Assembly (NCBI GenBank): GCA_964464425.1
Contig: CAYXGD010000001.1
Span: 1-40,820, forward strand
Length of the DNA: 40,820 nucleotides
Reading direction: 5' to 3'
From: an uncultured Thermoplasmatales archaeon
Lineage (GTDB): Archaea; Thermoplasmatota; SW-10-69-26
Part shown: one piece after another, positions 39,055-40,820 of the stretch
How positions within the stretch are numbered: position 1 is the first letter of the stretch
Layout of the letters: each line of letters opens with the position of its first letter
Translations under genes and position numbers: made by a program
Notes under the pieces: generated by a model
Told to the model about the DNA's origin: nothing
The model's database searches: none
Seen by the model: only the letters and a program-made list of their open reading frames with translations

Positions 39055-40820
39055 TCACTCCTGGTGCTCGGTGGTGGTGCTCCCAGGGGTCAGCCCCTGC
39101 CCGGTGTCCTCCTGCCGGTCGGTCCGGTTCCTCCCATCGATCATGGGTGGATCCGGCTGCCCGCCGTCCGACGAGGGGTCACGGGACCGCCGTTGGCGCA
39201 GGCGTCCGGGGGGATCGGGGCGGACCGGCAGCGTGAACCGGAAGGTGGACCCGCCGGTCTGGTTCCGGTCGACCCAGATGTCGCCACCGTGGCGCTGGAC
39301 GACCTTGCGGCAGATCGCCAGCCCGATCCCGGTCCCCGGGTACTGGCGCCGCGAGTTCAACCGTTGGAAGAGCTGGAAGACCTTGTCGGCGTAGTCCTCC
39401 GGGATCCCGATCCCGTTGTCCGCCACCTCGATCAGCCAGGCGCCGTTGTTGCGTTCGGCCGCGATGGTGATCTCCGGCGGAGCCTCCCCCCGGAACTTGA
39501 TCGCGTTGGTCAGCAGGTTACGGAAGACCTGCCGGAGCTGGCTTGGATCGCCTTGCACCGTCGGCAGTTCCTCGTAGTGGATCGCGGCGCCCGCTTCGCT
39601 GGCCATGCCGGCCAGCTCGGTGGTGGTCTCGTCGAGCAGGTCGGACAGATCGACGGGTTGGAAGGGCTCCTCGCTCGCGTCGACCCGGGAGTAGGTGAGC
39701 AGATCCTTGATCAGCGTCTGCATGCGCTGGGCGCCCTCGACGGCGTACTCGATGTACGTCTCCGCATCCTCGTCGAGTTGATCCTTGTAGCGGCGTTCCA
39801 GCAGCTGGACGTAGCTGGCGACCATCCGCAAGGGCTCCTGGAGGTCGTGGCTGGCGACGTAGGCGAACTGCTCGAGATCGGCGTTGGAGCGGCGAAGCTC
39901 CTCCTCGACCCGCTTGCGTTCGGTGATGTCCATGCTGATCAGCAAGGCCGCGACGACCGCGTCACCGTCCCGGATGGGGCCGGCTCTCGTGGCGTACCAG
40001 GCGGTCTCACCGTCGGCTCCTGGACCGGGGACCTCGTAGGTCCGGGTCTCGCCGGCGTCGAGCACAGCTTCCAGGTTCTCATCCAGGATCGAGACGTGGG
40101 TCTCCGGCACCCACTCGCGGATGTCGGTCCCCAGCACGTCCTCCGGTTCGATCTCCCCCACGCCACGGTTGAGGAACTGGACGATCCCCTGCTTGTCGAC
40201 GAGGAGGATGATGTTGGGGGCGTGGTTGACCAGGGTCCGCCAGCGTTCCTCGCTGGATCGGAGCTCGTCCACCAACCGCGCGTTCTCCACGGCGCTGGCC
40301 GTGTGACTGCCCAACGATCGGACGAGCTCGATCTCCTCCGGGCTGAACGGGGTCGTCTGGTCCCGGTAGAGCGCCAGGGCGCCCACCGGTTCGCCGTAGA
40401 TGGTCAAGGGGACGACAAGCAGGCTTGCGATGCCTTCCTCCTGGATGGCCTGAGCTGCGGGCCCGAGCTGTTGGCTGGCCGAGACGTCCGGGATGTGCAC
40501 GTACGGTTCACCCTCCAGGAGCAGCGCCCCGGGGACCTCCTGGTAGGCGCGCGTGATGGTCTCCACGTACGCCTCCGAGAGAGCCTCGGCATGCAGGCAC
40601 GTCAGCGGGCCGTCCGTGCGGCCCAACATGAACAGGGCGCCCCGGTCGGCCGAGGCCAGGCGCCGGCCCGCCTGGACGGCCTTGGCGGCGACCTTGTCGA
40701 TGTCGAGCTCCTCGGTCATGCTGCCGGACGCCTCGGCTAGCTCTTTCATCTCGAGCTTGGCCCGGGTCTGCTGGTAGGTCTCCCGGCTGATCAGCCCAGC
40801 CAACCAGCCCACCAGGAAGA
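39055..40820 (-). CDS. Sensor histidine kinase (GAF + PAS + HisKA + HATPase_c); the 5' end probably lies beyond the right window edge
   Basis: A GAF-like region (…ADRGALFMLGR…LLVVPLTIYGEPVGALALYR…) is followed by a PAS region (ERWRTLVNHAPNIILLVDKQGIVQFLN…) and an H-box (SHDLQEPLRMV). The N/G boxes are LLTNAIKF, VADNGIGI and GTGIGLAICRKV. The frame stays open to position 40820 (…FLVGWLAGLI), and the track start at 40812 is an internal GTG. Confidence 0.85.
   Translation of the reverse strand, partial: FLVGWLAGLISRETYQQTRAKLEMKELAEASGSMTEELDIDKVAAKAVQAGRRLASADRGALFMLGRTDGPLTCLHAEALSEAYVETITRAYQEVPGALLLEGEPYVHIPDVSASQQLGPAAQAIQEEGIASLLVVPLTIYGEPVGALALYRDQTTPFSPEEIELVRSLGSHTASAVENARLVDELRSSEERWRTLVNHAPNIILLVDKQGIVQFLNRGVGEIEPEDVLGTDIREWVPETHVSILDENLEAVLDAGETRTYEVPGPGADGETAWYATRAGPIRDGDAVVAALLISMDITERKRVEEELRRSNADLEQFAYVASHDLQEPLRMVASYVQLLERRYKDQLDEDAETYIEYAVEGAQRMQTLIKDLLTYSRVDASEEPFQPVDLSDLLDETTTELAGMASEAGAAIHYEELPTVQGDPSQLRQVFRNLLTNAIKFRGEAPPEITIAAERNNGAWLIEVADNGIGIPEDYADKVFQLFQRLNSRRQYPGTGIGLAICRKVVQRHGGDIWVDRNQTGGSTFRFTLPVRPDPPGRLRQRRSRDPSSDGGQPDPPMIDGRNRTDRQEDTGQGLTPGSTTTEHQE

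Noticed and set aside
1-40820. Mobile elements, prophage, toxin-antitoxin, restriction-modification or other defence islands.
   Set aside because: No transposase, integrase, recombinase, phage structural, cas, nuclease/helicase-defence or methyltransferase signatures appear in any frame. Composition looks uniform apart from the short A/T-rich promoter patches and the repeat arrays.

Overview
GC-rich (about two-thirds G+C by eye, not computed), gene-dense archaeal chromosomal segment. I call about 40 protein genes (roughly 70% on the minus strand) and one tRNA-Ser(GCU). Archaeal markers are A-type ATP synthase atpH/atpI, aEF-1beta with its Zn-ribbon partner, archaeosortase, a PAC2 proteasome chaperone, THEP1 NTPase, RNase HII, PolX, and TATA-like boxes about 25-35 nt upstream of start codons, which suggests mostly leaderless or short-leader mRNAs. 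The content is housekeeping plus a peptide and amino-acid scavenging theme: two S8 subtilases, a YtcJ-like amidohydrolase, an M20 peptidase, a DUF1611/epimerase pair, and a Liv-type ABC importer with two lipoprotein binding proteins. It also holds polyamine synthesis (aguA/aguB), envelope biogenesis (artA-psd-pssA operon, tatC, secreted proteins with PGF-CTERM-like tails) and two sensor kinases. I see no transposase, integrase, CRISPR/cas, prophage or recognisable defence genes. Many long ORFs in the track are GC-driven shadow frames or 5' over-extensions, and I re-derived starts where the sequence allowed. The main unexplained signal is a family of back-to-back, perfectly paired hairpin repeats. 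They fill two unusually long intergenic spacers (about 16745-17145 and 38005-38520), with a decayed copy at about 12917-13026. The two loci share exact 23-nt and near-exact 43-nt blocks, show compensatory stem substitutions between copies, include a 189-bp tandem duplication, and have terminal hairpins that overlap the stop codons of the upstream genes. This resembles a REP/BIME- or MITE-like structured repeat system, or a structured RNA array, and I cannot assign it to any known family from the sequence alone.
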